Positions 19,258 through 31,177 of a stretch of DNA of 64,000 nucleotides are shown here, piece after piece. The first letter of the stretch is position 1. Each line of letters opens with the position of its first letter. The position numbers and the translations under genes are program-made. The DNA is from Synechococcus sp. Lineage in GTDB: Bacteria; Cyanobacteriota; Cyanobacteriia; PCC-6307; Cyanobiaceae. The notes under the pieces were generated by a model. It was given only the letters and a program-made list of their open reading frames with translations. It did no database searches and was not told the origin of the DNA. The stretch covers positions 2,752,136 to 2,816,135 of the forward strand of contig JBJBDC010000001.1 in NCBI GenBank assembly GCA_047285535.1, read 5' to 3'.

Positions 19258-19330
19258 GCCAGCAGGGTAGTGAAGATCACAAAGAAGACCTTCTCATTCT
19301 CGATAACATGGCGTTAATTAGGGAGCTGGC

Positions 19331-19831
19331 ATGGGCCAGGTTCTCGTTCTCAACGCCTCCTACGAGCCACTGAATATCACCACTTGGCGACGGGCCATGG
19401 TGATGTTGATGAAGGGCAAAGCTGAAGGATTGGAGCATGATCAAACCCGGTTGATACGTCAGGGCACTCATTTGCCGACTGTGATCCGTTTGCTTCAGTT
19501 TGTGCGGGTGCCCTTTCGCCATCTTCCTTTGACACGCCGAAACGTGTTTCAGCGGGACAATCATTGCTGCCAATACTGTGGATCCCGAACTGAGCAGTTA
19601 TCCATCGATCACGTCATGCCTCGCAGTCGTGGTGGGGGAGACAGTTGGGATAACGTCACGACCGCTTGTTTGAGCTGCAATGTTCGGAAGGGCAGCCGCA
19701 CTCCGCAGGAAGCAGGAATGCCCTTGAAGCGCAAGCCTCGACGTCCTCACAGCAGTCTCAGCTTTGAAGCGGTGCGCCAAATTGACTCTGGTCGCTATCT
19801 GGAATGGGCGAAGTACGTGATTGGTACTTAA
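19331..19831 (+). CDS. HNH endonuclease (McrA-like, conserved in cyanobacteria)
   Basis: [16 protein letters not shown]...[25 protein letters not shown]. Confidence 0.92.
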   Translation: MGQVLVLNASYEPLNITTWRRAMVMLMKGKAEGLEHDQTRLIRQGTHLPTVIRLLQFVRVPFRHLPLTRRNVFQRDNHCCQYCGSRTEQLSIDHVMPRSRGGGDSWDNVTTACLSCNVRKGSRTPQEAGMPLKRKPRRPHSSLSFEAVRQIDSGRYLEWAKYVIGT

Positions 19832-20922
19832 TCAGTCTGTTCGCTTAGCTCTGCGAGTTTGCTCCTTTGTTCTTCGGCGATGCATGCGTCAATGACGTCA
19901 TCCATCTGTCCTTCGAGAACTGGATCAAGGCTGAAATTGCGCCCAAGCCGGTGATCCGTCATTCGGTTGTCTTTGGCGTTGTAAGTGCGGATTTTTTCGC
20001 TGCGGTCTCCTGTACCCACCTGGGCGCGTCTGGCAGATCTCTCGCTGGCATTCGCTTCAGCGAGTTGGCGTTCGTAAAGCTTGGCACGCAGAATCTCAAG
20101 AGCTCGTTCGCGGTTTTGCATTTGCGAGCGTTCCTGCGTGCAAAAGACCCTGATCCCGGTCGGTTTGTGCATAAGGTCAACCGCTGTTTCTACTTTGTTG
20201 ACGTTTTGGCCACCGGCCCCTCCCGATCTTGCAGTACTGATATCAAGGTCGCGGGGGTCGATTTGCACTTCAACTTGATCGGCTTCAGGCATCACAGCCA
20301 CTGTGGCGGTCGATGTGTGAACGCGTCCTTGAGATTCGGTTGAAGGCACACGCTGCACTCTGTGCACTCCAGCTTCGAACTTGAGTTCACTGAAGACGGC
20401 TTCTCCTTTGACCGAGAGAATCAATTCTTTGTAGCCTCCTAAATCAGCTTCGTTGGCGCTAACCGGTTTCACACTCCATCCACGACGACTACTGAAGCGT
20501 TCGTACATGCGTGCTAGGTCACCTGCCCAAAGGCATGCTTCGTCTCCTCCGGCACCAGCACGGATCTCTAACATCACGCTGCGCTCGTCACGGGGATCCT
20601 TCGGCAGCAAAGCCACGGTGATTTTTTGGATCAGATCATCATGCTGTCGATCGAGCTCTTGTAGCTCCTGTTGGGCCAACTCTTCCATTCCTGCATCGCC
20701 ACGGCTCTCTTTGAGCAGGGTTTTGGCTTGACTTTGCTCAGCTTCTACTTTTTGCAGGCTTGCGTAATCGAGAACCAGCGGTTCCAGGCGTGAACGCTCA
20801 CGGGCGATGGTTTCAAGCCGTTGAGGATCAGCTGCCACATCTGGATCCGCTAGCTGACGCTCCAGATTGTGGAAGCTGCTGCTTGCCGCTTCCAGGCGAC
20901 TGATCAGAGTTGTAGTGTCCAT
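19828..20922 (-). CDS. prfA: Peptide chain release factor 1
   Basis: PST (PxT) and GGQ motifs. Confidence 0.98.
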   Translation of the reverse strand: MDTTTLISRLEAASSSFHNLERQLADPDVAADPQRLETIARERSRLEPLVLDYASLQKVEAEQSQAKTLLKESRGDAGMEELAQQELQELDRQHDDLIQKITVALLPKDPRDERSVMLEIRAGAGGDEACLWAGDLARMYERFSSRRGWSVKPVSANEADLGGYKELILSVKGEAVFSELKFEAGVHRVQRVPSTESQGRVHTSTATVAVMPEADQVEVQIDPRDLDISTARSGGAGGQNVNKVETAVDLMHKPTGIRVFCTQERSQMQNRERALEILRAKLYERQLAEANASERSARRAQVGTGDRSEKIRTYNAKDNRMTDHRLGRNFSLDPVLEGQMDDVIDACIAEEQRSKLAELSEQTD

Positions 20923-20942
20923 CCCCTCAGGGAGCAGTATTC

Positions 20943-21014
20943 AAAAACCTCAAAGCGCAGACGAAAAGCTGCGAGTGGAGGTTGTGCTCCCAGGATCTGA
21001 GAGGTCATGGGAGC
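20943..21014 (-). terminator. Tandem hairpins between rpmE and prfA
   Basis: gctccca/tgggagc stem (20986-21014) and aacctc-cgcag/ctgcg-gaggtt stem (20946-20983), followed by Ts on the minus strand. Confidence 0.45.
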
Positions 21015-21023
21015 GTCGAGTGG

Positions 21024-21293
21024 TCAGGAATCTTTGGGCGTTTCATCGTTGTCGCCGGACTTTGAATCAGAAGTAGCACTGTCCAGACTTCCCATGCCGT
21101 ATTTGCGCATGAAACGATCCACACGCCCTTCGGTGTCAAGAATTTTTTGTGTACCCGTGAAGAATGGATGATTTCCGCTCCATACATCCACATTGATTTC
21201 AGGCTGAGTGGAGCCTGTGGTCATGACTACTTCTCCGTTGCAAATGACTTTTGCGTCCGGGTACCAAGTTGGGTGAATGTCTGGTTTAGGCAT
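21024..21293 (-). CDS. rpmE: 50S ribosomal protein L31
   Basis: DIHP...DVWSGNHPFFTG...EGRVDRF. Confidence 0.98.
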   Translation of the reverse strand: MPKPDIHPTWYPDAKVICNGEVVMTTGSTQPEINVDVWSGNHPFFTGTQKILDTEGRVDRFMRKYGMGSLDSATSDSKSGDNDETPKDS

Positions 21294-21329
21294 GGCTGAT
21301 AGATAAAACAGGAGATGGCGTGGTAAAAA

Positions 21330-21737
21330 TCAGCGCTTGGAGAACTGAGGCGCTTTACGTGCTTTTTTGAGACCGTATTTGCGTCGTTCTTTGGCTCGTG
21401 GATCTCGGCTGAGATGACCTTCGGTTTTTAAGGGCTTGCGATTATCAACAGAAAGTTCGCAGAGCGCTCGAGCTGCGCCTTGTTTGATGGCATCGGCCTG
21501 ACCGGTCAGGCCGCCTCCTCGAACGTTGACGACAATGTTGTAGTCAGTACCTAGACCCAAGGTCTGAAGAGGTGCTTTGACAGAAGCCAGGTAAGCAGGG
21601 TTGTAATTCAGATAATTGTCGCCAGGACGACCGTTAATGGTGATCGTTCCATTGCCAGGGACTAAGCGAACCCGAGCAACAGAAGTCTTACGGCGACCTG
21701 TACCCCAATAAACGACAGTGTTGTTAGAACTACTCAT
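21330..21737 (-). CDS. rpsI: 30S ribosomal protein S9
   Basis: [12 protein letters not shown]; ends KAPQFSKR. Confidence 0.99.
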   Translation of the reverse strand: MSSSNNTVVYWGTGRRKTSVARVRLVPGNGTITINGRPGDNYLNYNPAYLASVKAPLQTLGLGTDYNIVVNVRGGGLTGQADAIKQGAARALCELSVDNRKPLKTEGHLSRDPRAKERRKYGLKKARKAPQFSKR

Positions 21738-22186
21738 TGTGCGGAAGCGGCAGGGTCAAGCTGAAGTGTCTTGGGATGCTGGGCTGCATGGGGATGTTCG
21801 CTCCCCTTGTAAACCTTGAGTTTGCGGAACAATTGGCGTCCGAGTGCGTTGTGAGGAAGCATCCCCTTAATGGCTTTCTCCACAATGCGTTCTGGAAGGC
21901 GTTCCTGCAGATGCTCGAAGGTTTCAACCTTCATTCCACCAGGACGGCCTGAATGACGGCGATAAAGCTTTTGCTGTGGCTTTTTGCCTGAAACTCTGAT
22001 TTTGTCAGCGTTTACAACGATGACAAAGTCGCCAGTATCGAGATGCGGGGTGAAACTGGCTTTGTTTTTGCCTCGAAGCACAGAAGCAACTTCAGTCGCC
22101 AGACGACCAAGGGTTTGATCCTCGGCATCTACCAGATACCACTGGCGATCGATTGAATCAATTGAGGGAACGGAGGTCTTGTTCAT
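21734..22186 (-). CDS. rplM: 50S ribosomal protein L13
   Basis: WYLVDA...LGRLAT...FTPHLDTGD. Confidence 0.99.
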   Translation of the reverse strand: MNKTSVPSIDSIDRQWYLVDAEDQTLGRLATEVASVLRGKNKASFTPHLDTGDFVIVVNADKIRVSGKKPQQKLYRRHSGRPGGMKVETFEHLQERLPERIVEKAIKGMLPHNALGRQLFRKLKVYKGSEHPHAAQHPKTLQLDPAASAQ

Positions 22187-22358
22187 CGCGCCGGCATGCC
22201 GGTTCTTAGATACCCCGTCGCGAGCGACGGAGCTGGTCAGGGAGCGTTAGATCACCTCGGTGATCTAATCAAAACTCAAGGATCAAGCTTACCTTGTCAT
22301 CAGCCTTGGATTCTGATTCCAAAAACCGTTGCAGCAGGCTGCTTAGGCCTTGGGCTTT

Positions 22359-23243
22359 TTAGTTTTGCGGCCAAGGCTGTGGATCCGGTGGTGGATCACA
22401 CGTCGCTAGAGAAAACCGCGGCTGACAATCGTACCAGCCACCTTTGCTGAACAAAATCTCGGGGTACCCCGCTCTGAGTAGGCAGAGTCCGTGGGGTGGT
22501 GCAGCTTCTCTGACTTCGTTACGTCTGCATTCTCTCCAGCGTTGTTCAAATCTCTTTGGGGTTAGTCGATGTTCTCCTACGGCAATGAGTTGTCCCATGA
22601 GAAGCCTAACCATGCCGTACAAGAAGCCGCTGGCTTGGATCTCCATGGTGATTAGGTCGCCGTTGCGTTCAAGAGTGACGTCTTGAACGGTCGTTCTTGA
22701 GTGGGCCCGGCGACTACCTGCTTTTTGAAAAGCTGCGAAATCATGCTCTCCCATCAAAGGACATAGGGCTTGAACCATCGCCAGTTCATCCAGTTTTGTC
22801 TTGTAGCGATGCCAACTCCAGGGAGCCAGAAATAAATTGGGTCTGCGTCCGTTGTAGATCGTGTATCTGTATCGTCTATAACAAGCTGAATGGCAAGCAT
22901 GCCAGCTCAGTGGACGTTCAATGGCTTCTCTGACGCGGATGCTCGAAGGAAGTCGTCCGTTCAATGCAGGTGCCCATCGACTTGCTGGTATGGGACCGCT
23001 GCAATCAAAATGCACAACCTGACCTGACGCATGCACTCCGGAATCGGTTCGCCCAGCCGCAATGGTTTGAATGGGTCGGTGAGGATCCAGAGCAGCAATC
23101 GCTTTCTCAAGGACCGCCTGCACGCTCTGTCCACGCCCATGTTTCTGTCGCTGCCAGCCACAAAAAAAAGATCCCTCGTATTGCAAGCTGATCGCAACTC
23201 GGTGAAGTGTTGTGTTTTCACCCTCAGGAGAGAGATCGTTCAA
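22359..23243 (-). CDS. truA: tRNA pseudouridine(38-40) synthase
   Basis: [14 protein letters not shown] and FLYGMVR motifs. Confidence 0.97.
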   Translation of the reverse strand: MNDLSPEGENTTLHRVAISLQYEGSFFCGWQRQKHGRGQSVQAVLEKAIAALDPHRPIQTIAAGRTDSGVHASGQVVHFDCSGPIPASRWAPALNGRLPSSIRVREAIERPLSWHACHSACYRRYRYTIYNGRRPNLFLAPWSWHRYKTKLDELAMVQALCPLMGEHDFAAFQKAGSRRAHSRTTVQDVTLERNGDLITMEIQASGFLYGMVRLLMGQLIAVGEHRLTPKRFEQRWRECRRNEVREAAPPHGLCLLRAGYPEILFSKGGWYDCQPRFSLATCDPPPDPQPWPQN

Positions 23244-23281
23244 TACAGGGGATAAAGGCGATGCTTTGAGGGTTTGCTGAA

Positions 23282-23632
23282 TTAAACCAGCTCAATGATT
23301 GCCATTTCGGCATTGTCACCTCGACGAGGAACTGTTCGGGTGATGCGGGTATACCCACCGTTGCGATCGCCATAGCGCTTAGGAGCCTTGTCAAACAGCG
23401 CATGCACCAACTGTTTGTCGTAGACGTAACCAAGAACCCTGCGCCGGGAGGCGAGGCTGCCATTCTTCGCCAATGTAATCATCCGTTCAGCTTCATCACG
23501 AAGAGCTTTGGCCCTGGCCTTAGTTGTCGTCACACGTCCTTCGCGGATGAGCTGAGTGGTGAGTCCGCGAAGCATCGCCTTGCGTTGGTCCGCCGGGCGG
23601 CCCAGCTGGGGAACTCGACATTGATGGCGCAT
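23282..23632 (-). CDS. rplQ: 50S ribosomal protein L17
   Basis: MRH...RNGGYTRI...RRGDNAEMA. Confidence 0.99.
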   Translation of the reverse strand: MRHQCRVPQLGRPADQRKAMLRGLTTQLIREGRVTTTKARAKALRDEAERMITLAKNGSLASRRRVLGYVYDKQLVHALFDKAPKRYGDRNGGYTRITRTVPRRGDNAEMAIIELV

Positions 23633-23670
23633 GGTTCTTAAAAGAAACTGGGGAGGTAAAGGCTGAAGGT

Positions 23671-24609
23671 TTAGACGCTGGTGCGACTTTGGGGAATCGA
23701 AATGCCGATGCGCTCAAGAGCTTCGATCACTTCATCAGCTGACTTGGAACCAAAGTTTTTGATCTCTAGGAGATCTTCGTAGCTGAATCCCATCAGATCA
23801 GAGACTGAATTGACTTGTGCACGCTTAAGACAGTTGTAAGCCCTGACTGAGAGATTAAGCTCCTCAAGTGGAATTTGAGCTTCGGCAGAAGGTTCTGGCT
23901 CCAACCCTGGTTCTTCCACCATGGTCACGGTGGCTAAGGGCTGGAAAAGCTCAATGAGTTGATTGGCTGCCTGAGCAATTGCATCATCTGGAGTCATGGA
24001 ACCGTCAGTAACCACTTCCATGCGAAGTCGCTCCCGTGCGGATCCACCCTCAGCAACAGCTGTTTCATCCGTAGTGAAATTCACGCGATGAACAGGCATG
24101 AAGACCGCATCGATTTGAAGCAGATCAATGGCACTGGTGTCTTCGTTGTGGCGATCAACAGGCCGGTAGCCAACTCCTCGTTCTACATGAACTTCTAGTT
24201 CAAGGCTATGGCCCTCGCTGACAGTCGCAATCGGACGATCACCGTCGACAATTTGGACTTGAGAGGAGAATTGAAGATCCTTCGCTTTGACCGTTGCAGG
24301 ACCAGAGACGATAAGACGACCAATTTCGAGCTCGTCTGTACGACTGTTGACAGTGAGCTGCTTACAGTTCAGGAGTATGTCAAGAACATCCTCGCGCACT
24401 CCTGGAATGGTGGCGTATTCGTGGTTGACTCCAGCAATGCGGACGGCAGTAACCGCAGTCCCTTCGAGGTTGCCCATGAGCATCCTTCGAAGGGAATTCC
24501 CAAGAGTCGTGGCTTGACCCCGCTCAAGTGGACCGATGAGAAAGACACCGGTTTGTGAGCGATCATCAGTGATCTGATGCTCGATACGGTCGATCTGGTA
24601 TTGCAACAC
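23671..24609 (-). CDS. rpoA: RNA polymerase alpha subunit
   Basis: [17 protein letters not shown] and [13 protein letters not shown] motifs; GTG start at 24609. Confidence 0.98.
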   Translation of the reverse strand: MLQYQIDRIEHQITDDRSQTGVFLIGPLERGQATTLGNSLRRMLMGNLEGTAVTAVRIAGVNHEYATIPGVREDVLDILLNCKQLTVNSRTDELEIGRLIVSGPATVKAKDLQFSSQVQIVDGDRPIATVSEGHSLELEVHVERGVGYRPVDRHNEDTSAIDLLQIDAVFMPVHRVNFTTDETAVAEGGSARERLRMEVVTDGSMTPDDAIAQAANQLIELFQPLATVTMVEEPGLEPEPSAEAQIPLEELNLSVRAYNCLKRAQVNSVSDLMGFSYEDLLEIKNFGSKSADEVIEALERIGISIPQSRTSV

Positions 24610-24659
24610 GGGCTGAGGCAGAAAGAGTGATGTGGGCCTGGACGGATTGGCTGAGCGCT

Positions 24660-25052
24660 TCAGACACGCCGCCGCTTCGAACGGCGGCAACCGTTATGGG
24701 GCAAAGGAGTGACGTCGCGGATCAAGGTGATTTCAAGTCCTGCGACTTGAAGAGCGCGAATGGCAGTTTCCCGTCCTGATCCTGGACCTCGCACAAGGAC
24801 TTCAATTTGCCGCATGCCTTGCTCCAGCGCTCGTCGTGCAGCAGCTTCAGCAGCGGTCTGAGCTGCAAAGGGCGTGCCTTTGCGAGCTCCTTTGAATCCA
24901 CTTGCACCAGCGGATGACCAGGAAATGACTTCTCCGGTCGTGTCTGTGATGGACACGATCGTGTTGTTGAACGTGCTCTGAATATGAGCAACTCCATTGG
25001 GGACGTTGCGCTTGGTCTTTTTGGCGCCTGATTTTTTTGCTGGCTTGGCCAT
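24660..25052 (-). CDS. rpsK: 30S ribosomal protein S11
   Basis: HIQSTFNNT and [11 protein letters not shown] motifs. Confidence 0.99.
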   Translation of the reverse strand: MAKPAKKSGAKKTKRNVPNGVAHIQSTFNNTIVSITDTTGEVISWSSAGASGFKGARKGTPFAAQTAAEAAARRALEQGMRQIEVLVRGPGSGRETAIRALQVAGLEITLIRDVTPLPHNGCRRSKRRRV

Positions 25053-25123
25053 GGGCTAGAGCCTGAGGGGGGAGAGGGCTGTTGAGGTAATGAATCGCAA
25101 GACCGATAGGAAATCGGCTGTAC

Positions 25124-25489
25124 TTATTTCTTCTTGCCTGCCACGGTCTTCCGGGCACCTCGGCGGGTACGTGCATTTGTTCGAGTGCGTTGACCCCGCA
25201 CAGGAAGACTCATCCGATGACGACGACCACGCAGGCATCCAATGTCTTGCAATCGCTTTAGGGCCATGCCCTCTTGACGACGCAGGTCTCCCTCAATCGT
25301 GAAGGATTCAGTGGCGTTGCGCAATTTCTGCACATCGTTGTCTTCCAAATCTTTGACTCGGGTGTCTGGGTTGACTCCGGATTTGATGAGGATAGTTTTG
25401 GCTCGTGTTGAGCCGATTCCGTAGATGTAGGTAAGGGCGACTTCGATCCGCTTGTCGCGGGGAATGTCAACACCAGCAATCCTTGCCAC
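25124..25489 (-). CDS. rpsM: 30S ribosomal protein S13
   Basis: ARIAGVDIP and [14 protein letters not shown] motifs. Confidence 0.99.
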   Translation of the reverse strand: MARIAGVDIPRDKRIEVALTYIYGIGSTRAKTILIKSGVNPDTRVKDLEDNDVQKLRNATESFTIEGDLRRQEGMALKRLQDIGCLRGRRHRMSLPVRGQRTRTNARTRRGARKTVAGKKK

Positions 25490-25564
25490 TGAACAGTTAA
25501 TCGAAGGTTATTTTAGAGATGCGCCTAATGGCGACGAGTGATGCAATCAAGGAAAAGTAGGGAA

Positions 25565-25681
25565 TTAACCCTGTCGTTGCTTGTTTCTTGGCTTCTTCTT
25601 GTTAATTACGTATATTCGACCTCGTCGTTTCACGATCTGATCGTCAGGACTAATTTTTTTTACAGATGATCTCACCTTCAT
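25565..25681 (-). CDS. rpmJ: 50S ribosomal protein L36, Cys-free (zinc-independent) type
   Basis: Hand translation gives [38 protein letters not shown]; below the ORF-track cutoff; canonical position between adk and rpsM. Confidence 0.97.
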   Translation of the reverse strand: MKVRSSVKKISPDDQIVKRRGRIYVINKKKPRNKQRQG

Positions 25682-25727
25682 GAGGTGCCTCGCTCCAAGT
25701 TGCCAAGGGTAGAACTTACCATACCGA

Positions 25728-26279
25728 TCAACTCAGAACTTCCTGGATTCGAGCTGCGACGGTTTCAATACTTCCCTGAGCCTTGACTGGTAAAAGCAGA
25801 TCAAGGTTCTTGTAGTGCTGAATCAAAGGTGCGGTTTGCTTTCGATAAACGTCAAGTCGGTTAAGGATGACTGACTTGTTGTCGTCATCGCGGCCACGCA
25901 TGAGCATCCGTTCCATCAAGACACCATCATCCAGTTCCAGTAATAGGACTGCTTGGATGGGTTGATTGAGCTCCGTGAGAAGTGGGTCTAGCGCTTCAGC
26001 TTGAGCCACATTGCGTGGGAATCCATCTAAAAGCCATCCCTGGTTGGTAAGGGAGTTGAGCTGAGCTTTGACGATGGCAAGCACAAGGGAATCGCTCACT
26101 AATTCTCCGCGGTTCATCACCGCTTCTGCTTCTTTCCCGAGCTCTGAAGCCGCTGCCACTTCTGAACGAAGTAAATCTCCGGTTGAGAGATGGCGTAAGC
26201 CGTGACTTTCACATAAAAGTGATGCCTGAGTTCCTTTCCCTGCTCCGGGAGGACCTAGAAAAAGCAGTCGTTGTTTCAT
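25728..26279 (-). CDS. adk: Adenylate kinase (short LID)
   Basis: [17 protein letters not shown] and GRDDD motifs. Confidence 0.98.
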   Translation of the reverse strand: MKQRLLFLGPPGAGKGTQASLLCESHGLRHLSTGDLLRSEVAAASELGKEAEAVMNRGELVSDSLVLAIVKAQLNSLTNQGWLLDGFPRNVAQAEALDPLLTELNQPIQAVLLLELDDGVLMERMLMRGRDDDNKSVILNRLDVYRKQTAPLIQHYKNLDLLLPVKAQGSIETVAARIQEVLS

Positions 26280-26308
26280 TGGGGATGGCGTTGACTGGTT
26301 GATGTGAC

Positions 26309-27628
26309 TTATTGGCGCACAAGACCTTCGTAGCGCTGAGAGATCACGTAGGTCTGCACTTGCTTGGCCGTATCGATCGCGACCCCTACCAGGATGAGCA
26401 GAGAGGTGGCTCCAAGTCCCTGAAAGGTAGTAACACCGGTGGCTCTCTCCACAGCTGAGGGGATGATGGCAACGGCCCCAAGGAAAAGTCCACCGAGCAA
26501 AGTCAGTCTGTTTTTAACGCCCTCCAGGTAGGCGGCTGTGGCACTGCCAGGCCTTACTCCTGGAATCGCCACTCCGCCTCGTTTGAGGTTGGTGGCCATG
26601 TCATTTGGGTTTAGTGAGAGGGAGGAATAAAAATAGGCGAAACCCAAAATCAGTGAGAAAAAGACAATTGCATAAGGCCAGGGATTGGCTGCACTTGGAT
26701 TTAGTGCACTAGCTGCTCGAATTAAGAGTGGATTGTTAGTGACGTTCGCAATCGTGATCGGCAGAAAGATCGCGGCTGAGGCAAAAATAATTGGCATCAC
26801 TCCACCTGCATTGAGTTTTAAAGGGAGATAACTCTGTCGAGTTGGTAAGAGGGCCGTGCCTCCAACCTGGCGCTTTGCGCTAACGATAGGAAGGCGCCTT
26901 GCACCCTCCTGGACAAAGATGATTCCCACAATCGTGATCAGGAACACCAGGACCAGCACAATGATTCCTACAACGTCCCCACGGTCTCCTGTCTGGGCCT
27001 TCTCAATGGTTGAACCCAAAGCCTTGGGGAGTGTGGCAACGATATTCAGAAAGATCACAAGAGATGCTCCCTGACCAATACCTCTCTCTGTGATGACCTC
27101 ACTGAGCCACATCACAATGATGGAGCCAGTGACCAAGGCAAGAGCGGTTTGGATCACAAAAACGACTTCGCTTAAGCCTGCAACGGCGTATTGGCGAAGA
27201 ATCATGGCAAAGATCACGCTCTGGACCAGTCCCCAGCCCAAGGCCACATAGCGGGTTATTTGGGAAATTTTTCGACGTCCTGCTTCTCCTTCGTTTTTCT
27301 GTAAGTCTTCGAGTTGGGGGAGCGAGGCTGTCAGAAGTTGGATAATGATTGAGGCATTGATGAAAGGCAAGATGCCTAGAGCAAAAATGCCAAGAGTGGA
27401 GATTCCTCCTCCGGTGAAAATATCTAAGAAACCAATGATTGTTCCGCCTTGCTCAATAAATTGCTCAAATGCGACTCGATCAATTCCAGGCATAGGAATG
27501 TAGATCCCAAGCCGCACAAGCATCAGTAATCCGAGTGTTGTCAGCACCCGGCCGCGAAGCTCAGGGTTCTGCACCAACTGGGTAATTACTTCAGTGGCGC
27601 TAGGATTGCGACCCCGACTTAGAAGCAT
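26309..27628 (-). CDS. secY: Preprotein translocase SecY
   Basis: FALGILPFINASII, GIGQGASLVIF and IPGVRPG motifs; ATG at 27628. Confidence 0.98.
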   Translation of the reverse strand: MLLSRGRNPSATEVITQLVQNPELRGRVLTTLGLLMLVRLGIYIPMPGIDRVAFEQFIEQGGTIIGFLDIFTGGGISTLGIFALGILPFINASIIIQLLTASLPQLEDLQKNEGEAGRRKISQITRYVALGWGLVQSVIFAMILRQYAVAGLSEVVFVIQTALALVTGSIIVMWLSEVITERGIGQGASLVIFLNIVATLPKALGSTIEKAQTGDRGDVVGIIVLVLVFLITIVGIIFVQEGARRLPIVSAKRQVGGTALLPTRQSYLPLKLNAGGVMPIIFASAAIFLPITIANVTNNPLLIRAASALNPSAANPWPYAIVFFSLILGFAYFYSSLSLNPNDMATNLKRGGVAIPGVRPGSATAAYLEGVKNRLTLLGGLFLGAVAIIPSAVERATGVTTFQGLGATSLLILVGVAIDTAKQVQTYVISQRYEGLVRQ

Positions 27629-27732
27629 GGAAAAGGAGGAAAAGAAGGGCTGCAGCAAAGCCGCCCCATGACCAGAGTTCAGGAGGACGGCTTAGAGGTT
27701 AGATCCACAAGGCGCAGATCTCATAAGTGAGT

Positions 27733-28185
27733 TCAGTCGAGAACCTCACAAGTCCCACCTGCCGCTTCGATTTTGGCGCGGGCCGAAGCTGTAAAGGCAG
27801 CGGCCTGAACGGTGAGCTTTGCTTTGAGTTCACCGTTTCCAAGAATCTTGAGAGGACTCTTTGGGCTGGTGACAATGCCATCTTTGACTAATGAGTCAAG
27901 ATTGACTGTGCTGCCAGCCTTGATCTCATTCAGTGCACTCACATTGAGGACAGTGAATGACTTGGGATTAATCAGAGGGAAGTGCTTGAGCTTCGGGACT
28001 CGGCGGTAAAGTGGCATTTGGCCGCCTTCAAATCCGGGACGTGTTGGGCGACCTGAACGAGACTTCTGTCCGCGCATCCCAAAGCCGCAACTGGCGCCCT
28101 GACCAGCTGCAATACCCCTACCTTTACGCAATTTGCGTCGACGGGCGCCTTTATTTGGTTTGAGAGAGTCGAGTCTGAGAGTCAT
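27733..28185 (-). CDS. rplO: 50S ribosomal protein L15
   Basis: [15 protein letters not shown]. Confidence 0.99.
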   Translation of the reverse strand: MTLRLDSLKPNKGARRRKLRKGRGIAAGQGASCGFGMRGQKSRSGRPTRPGFEGGQMPLYRRVPKLKHFPLINPKSFTVLNVSALNEIKAGSTVNLDSLVKDGIVTSPKSPLKILGNGELKAKLTVQAAAFTASARAKIEAAGGTCEVLD

Positions 28186-28194
28186 GAGGGGAAA

Positions 28195-28836
28195 TCAAGA
28201 ATAGATCTGCTCGAGGGAGATCCCCCGTTCCTTTGCTGTCGCCTTGTGGGTGCGGAGAAGTTGTAGGGCCACCATGGCAGCCCGTGCGTTATTCAAAGGT
28301 GTTTTACTTCCGAGGCGTTTGGCCAACACGTTCTTGATACCAGCGAGTTCGAGAACGGTACGGATTGAACCGCCAGCAATCACACCAGTACCAGGTGCGG
28401 CTGGGCGGATGAGCACGCTTGCTGCTCCTTCACGACCATTCGACAGGGTTGGGATCGAGTTGTGACGCGTCAGCGGGACTTTCACTAAATGCTTTTTGCC
28501 GTCAGCTACACCCTTGCGTACGGCACCAATGACATCACCGGCTTTGCCGACGCCAACGCCGACCTGACCACGTTCATTGCCGACGACAACGATGGCACGA
28601 AAGCTCATCTTTTTGCCGCCTTTAACGGTTTTGGAAACCCTTCTGATTTGCACGACACGCTCTTGCCATTCGGAATCGCGTTCTTGACCACGGCGGCGGT
28701 CACGGCCGCCTCGCCGGTCACCGCGACCGCCGCCGCCTCGGCGCTGTTCTTGTTGTTGGCCCTCTGCAGCTGCTGGAACGTCAGCAGCCGATGGCACGTC
28801 GTTGGAGGTTCTCTGGTTGTTGGGGTCGGTTGTCAT
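28195..28836 (-). CDS. rpsE: 30S ribosomal protein S5
   Basis: [11 protein letters not shown] and [12 protein letters not shown] motifs; ATG at 28836. Confidence 0.98.
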   Translation of the reverse strand: MTTDPNNQRTSNDVPSAADVPAAAEGQQQEQRRGGGGRGDRRGGRDRRRGQERDSEWQERVVQIRRVSKTVKGGKKMSFRAIVVVGNERGQVGVGVGKAGDVIGAVRKGVADGKKHLVKVPLTRHNSIPTLSNGREGAASVLIRPAAPGTGVIAGGSIRTVLELAGIKNVLAKRLGSKTPLNNARAAMVALQLLRTHKATAKERGISLEQIYS

Positions 28837-28849
28837 AGTGAGAGCAGGA

Positions 28850-29218
28850 TCAGAATTGAAGGCCCGCTTCCCGGGCGGCATCGGCAAGGGCTTTCACTCT
28901 GCCGTGGTACATGTTGCCGCCTCGGTCGAAGACAACTTGTTGAATGCCTTTGGCAATAGCACGTTTGCCAACTAAATCGCCAACGGCAATTGAGGCATCA
29001 CAGCTACTTCCATCAGCTTTGAGGCTGGTACGCAAATCTTTGTCAAGCGTAGAGGCTGAACACAGAGTGTTCTGAGCCTCGTCGTCGATCAATTGAGCGT
29101 AAATGTGACTGTTGGAACGAAATACGGCCAATCTTGGACGATCAGCCGTGCCGCTGAGATGGTGACGCAGACGCCTGTGGCGTTTTTGCGTTTGTTGTTT
29201 ACGAGAGAGATTAGACAT
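28850..29218 (-). CDS. rplR: 50S ribosomal protein L18
   Basis: [10 protein letters not shown] and VVFDRGG...YHGRVKALA motifs. Confidence 0.99.
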   Translation of the reverse strand: MSNLSRKQQTQKRHRRLRHHLSGTADRPRLAVFRSNSHIYAQLIDDEAQNTLCSASTLDKDLRTSLKADGSSCDASIAVGDLVGKRAIAKGIQQVVFDRGGNMYHGRVKALADAAREAGLQF

Positions 29219-29254
29219 CTGTATTGGGAAAGTTAGGGATATCCATAGAGGGGA

Positions 29255-29794
29255 CTATTTCTTGCCTGACTTACCAGCCTTGCGAAGAATCCACTCGCCT
29301 TCGTACCTGATCCCTTTGCCCTTGTAGGGCTCAGGCGGCCGGATTGATCGGATCTTGGCAGCTTCGTTACCAACAATTGCCTTGTCAATCCCGGAAACAA
29401 TCACTTTTGTGTTGCTTTCAACCGAGAAGGTGATCCCCTCCGGTGGGGTCATTTCGATTGGATGACTGTAGCCGGCATTAATGACAAGTGTCTTGCCCTT
29501 CACTTGCGCGCGAGAACCCACGCCGATGATTTCAAGACTTTTGCTGTAACCAGTGCTAACTCCCTCGATCATGTTGGCGACAAGGGCCCGACAGAGACCG
29601 TGGCGTTCGCGGGAGGTGCGTTTGGTGCTGGTTGGAGCAATCACGATGGAGTTATCCACCTGGTGAACGGTCACTCCGATGGGCAGGGTGCGTTTGAGCT
29701 CCCCCTTGGGTCCCTTCACAGTGACAGCGAGGCCGTCAAGTTGGACATTCACCTTGTCGGGAATGGGGATTGGCGTTTTACCGATACGTGACAT
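29255..29794 (-). CDS. rplF: 50S ribosomal protein L6
   Basis: MSRIGK and [11 protein letters not shown] motifs. Confidence 0.99.
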   Translation of the reverse strand: MSRIGKTPIPIPDKVNVQLDGLAVTVKGPKGELKRTLPIGVTVHQVDNSIVIAPTSTKRTSRERHGLCRALVANMIEGVSTGYSKSLEIIGVGSRAQVKGKTLVINAGYSHPIEMTPPEGITFSVESNTKVIVSGIDKAIVGNEAAKIRSIRPPEPYKGKGIRYEGEWILRKAGKSGKK

Positions 29795-29810
29795 GGTTCA
29801 GGTTCCGGAT

Positions 29811-30212
29811 TTAATAGACGTAGCAGAGCACTTCGCCGCCCACGCCTTGCTTGCGGGCGTCCCGGTCGCTCATCACACCTTTAGAGGTGGAGATGATGGC
29901 CACCCCTAGTCCTCCCAGGACCTTGGGCAAGCCGCGCGTGTTTTTGTAAATGCGAAGGCCTGGCTTGCTGACGCGTTGCATCGCGCGAATGGTGGGTTGG
30001 CGATGTTTGCCGCTGTATTTCAGTTCCAACACCAATTCGGTGCGGACACCCTCGCCTTGTTCGCTGATGTCAGCGATAAAGCCTTCCTGTTGCAGCACTT
30101 TGGCAATGCTGCGGGACATGCGGGACGCTGGAACTTTGGTGGACTGGTGACGTTTCTCACTCGCATTGCGAATGCGGGTGAGCATGTCGGAAATTGGGTC
30201 GTGATTAGCCAT
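29811..30212 (-). CDS. rpsH: 30S ribosomal protein S8
   Basis: [13 protein letters not shown] and SKPGLRIY motifs. Confidence 0.99.
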   Translation of the reverse strand: MANHDPISDMLTRIRNASEKRHQSTKVPASRMSRSIAKVLQQEGFIADISEQGEGVRTELVLELKYSGKHRQPTIRAMQRVSKPGLRIYKNTRGLPKVLGGLGVAIISTSKGVMSDRDARKQGVGGEVLCYVY

Positions 30213-30230
30213 AGTGGTTTCCGAGGGGGC

Positions 30231-30770
30231 TCAGTTGCTGCGGAATGGCATTCCCATCTCGCGGAGGAGGGCCCGGCCCTCTTCATCCGTGCGGGCAGAA
30301 GTCACAATTGTGATATCCATGCCTCTGATGGCGTCGATCTTGTCGAATGAGATCTCAGGGAAAATGATTTGCTCTCTAACTCCCAAGGTGTAATTGCCCC
30401 TACCGTCAAAGCTTTTCGGACTCACGCCGCGAAAATCCCGAATGCGGGGCAGCGCCAGGTTGATGAGGCGTTCCAGAAACGCGTACATGCGTTCACCACG
30501 AAGGGTGACAGCACATCCAATCGGCATCCCCTGACGGATTTTGAAGGCTGCAATGGCTTTCTTTGCTCTGGTGATAACAACTTTTTGGCCGGTGATTTGG
30601 GCTAATTCGTTCACCGAAGCCTCTAGAGACTTTGCATTGGTGGCTGCTTCACCGAGTCCGCGATTAACGGTGACTTTCACCACCTTGGGAACTTCATGAA
30701 TGTTGGAGAGACTCAAATCTTTCAGCAATTTTGGCTGAATAGTCTCCCGATAGCGCTGTTTTAGTGACAT
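30231..30770 (-). CDS. rplE: 50S ribosomal protein L5
   Basis: LPRIRDFRG and SFDGRGNY motifs. Confidence 0.99.
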   Translation of the reverse strand: MSLKQRYRETIQPKLLKDLSLSNIHEVPKVVKVTVNRGLGEAATNAKSLEASVNELAQITGQKVVITRAKKAIAAFKIRQGMPIGCAVTLRGERMYAFLERLINLALPRIRDFRGVSPKSFDGRGNYTLGVREQIIFPEISFDKIDAIRGMDITIVTSARTDEEGRALLREMGMPFRSN

Positions 30771-30819
30771 GGCTGGGGGAAAGGACTTCTGGGCTTGGTC
30801 AGAAGAGCAAATGACCTGA

Positions 30820-31176
30820 TCAGTCGATCAATTCGCCTGTTTTCTTGAGGCGGCGCTTTTTGCTACCGTCTTGTTCTGTAATCAGTTCAATTCGACTGGC
30901 CACCTTTTTATCAGTGGAATAAAACATCACGTTGGAAGCATGCAGTGATGCTTCTTCAGTGACAATTCGTCCAGTTTCGCCTTCTTGTGTTGGTTTGACA
31001 TGACGGGTTCGCAGGTTGATTCCCTTCACGATCACGCGGTTGAGGTTGGGTAGCGTGCGTAGGACTTCGCCTGTTTTGCCTTTGTCTTTGCCAGTAATCA
31101 CCTGAACGGTGTCACCTTTACGAAGGCGCATCTTGATGCGCTCAGCTGTAGTTGTTTTGGGTGTTGCAGGAGCCAT
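30820..31176 (-). CDS. rplX: 50S ribosomal protein L24
   Basis: [19 protein letters not shown] (KOW motif). Confidence 0.99.
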   Translation of the reverse strand: MAPATPKTTTAERIKMRLRKGDTVQVITGKDKGKTGEVLRTLPNLNRVIVKGINLRTRHVKPTQEGETGRIVTEEASLHASNVMFYSTDKKVASRIELITEQDGSKKRRLKKTGELID

Positions 31177-31177
31177 T

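Noticed and set aside
19331..19831. HNH nuclease as a defence or homing element
   Set aside because: It is a short McrA-like type with host-like composition, embedded between alr and prfA without partner genes.
21024..21293. L31 with only one Cys as a second zinc-free swap
   Set aside because: This is the usual cyanobacterial L31 form.
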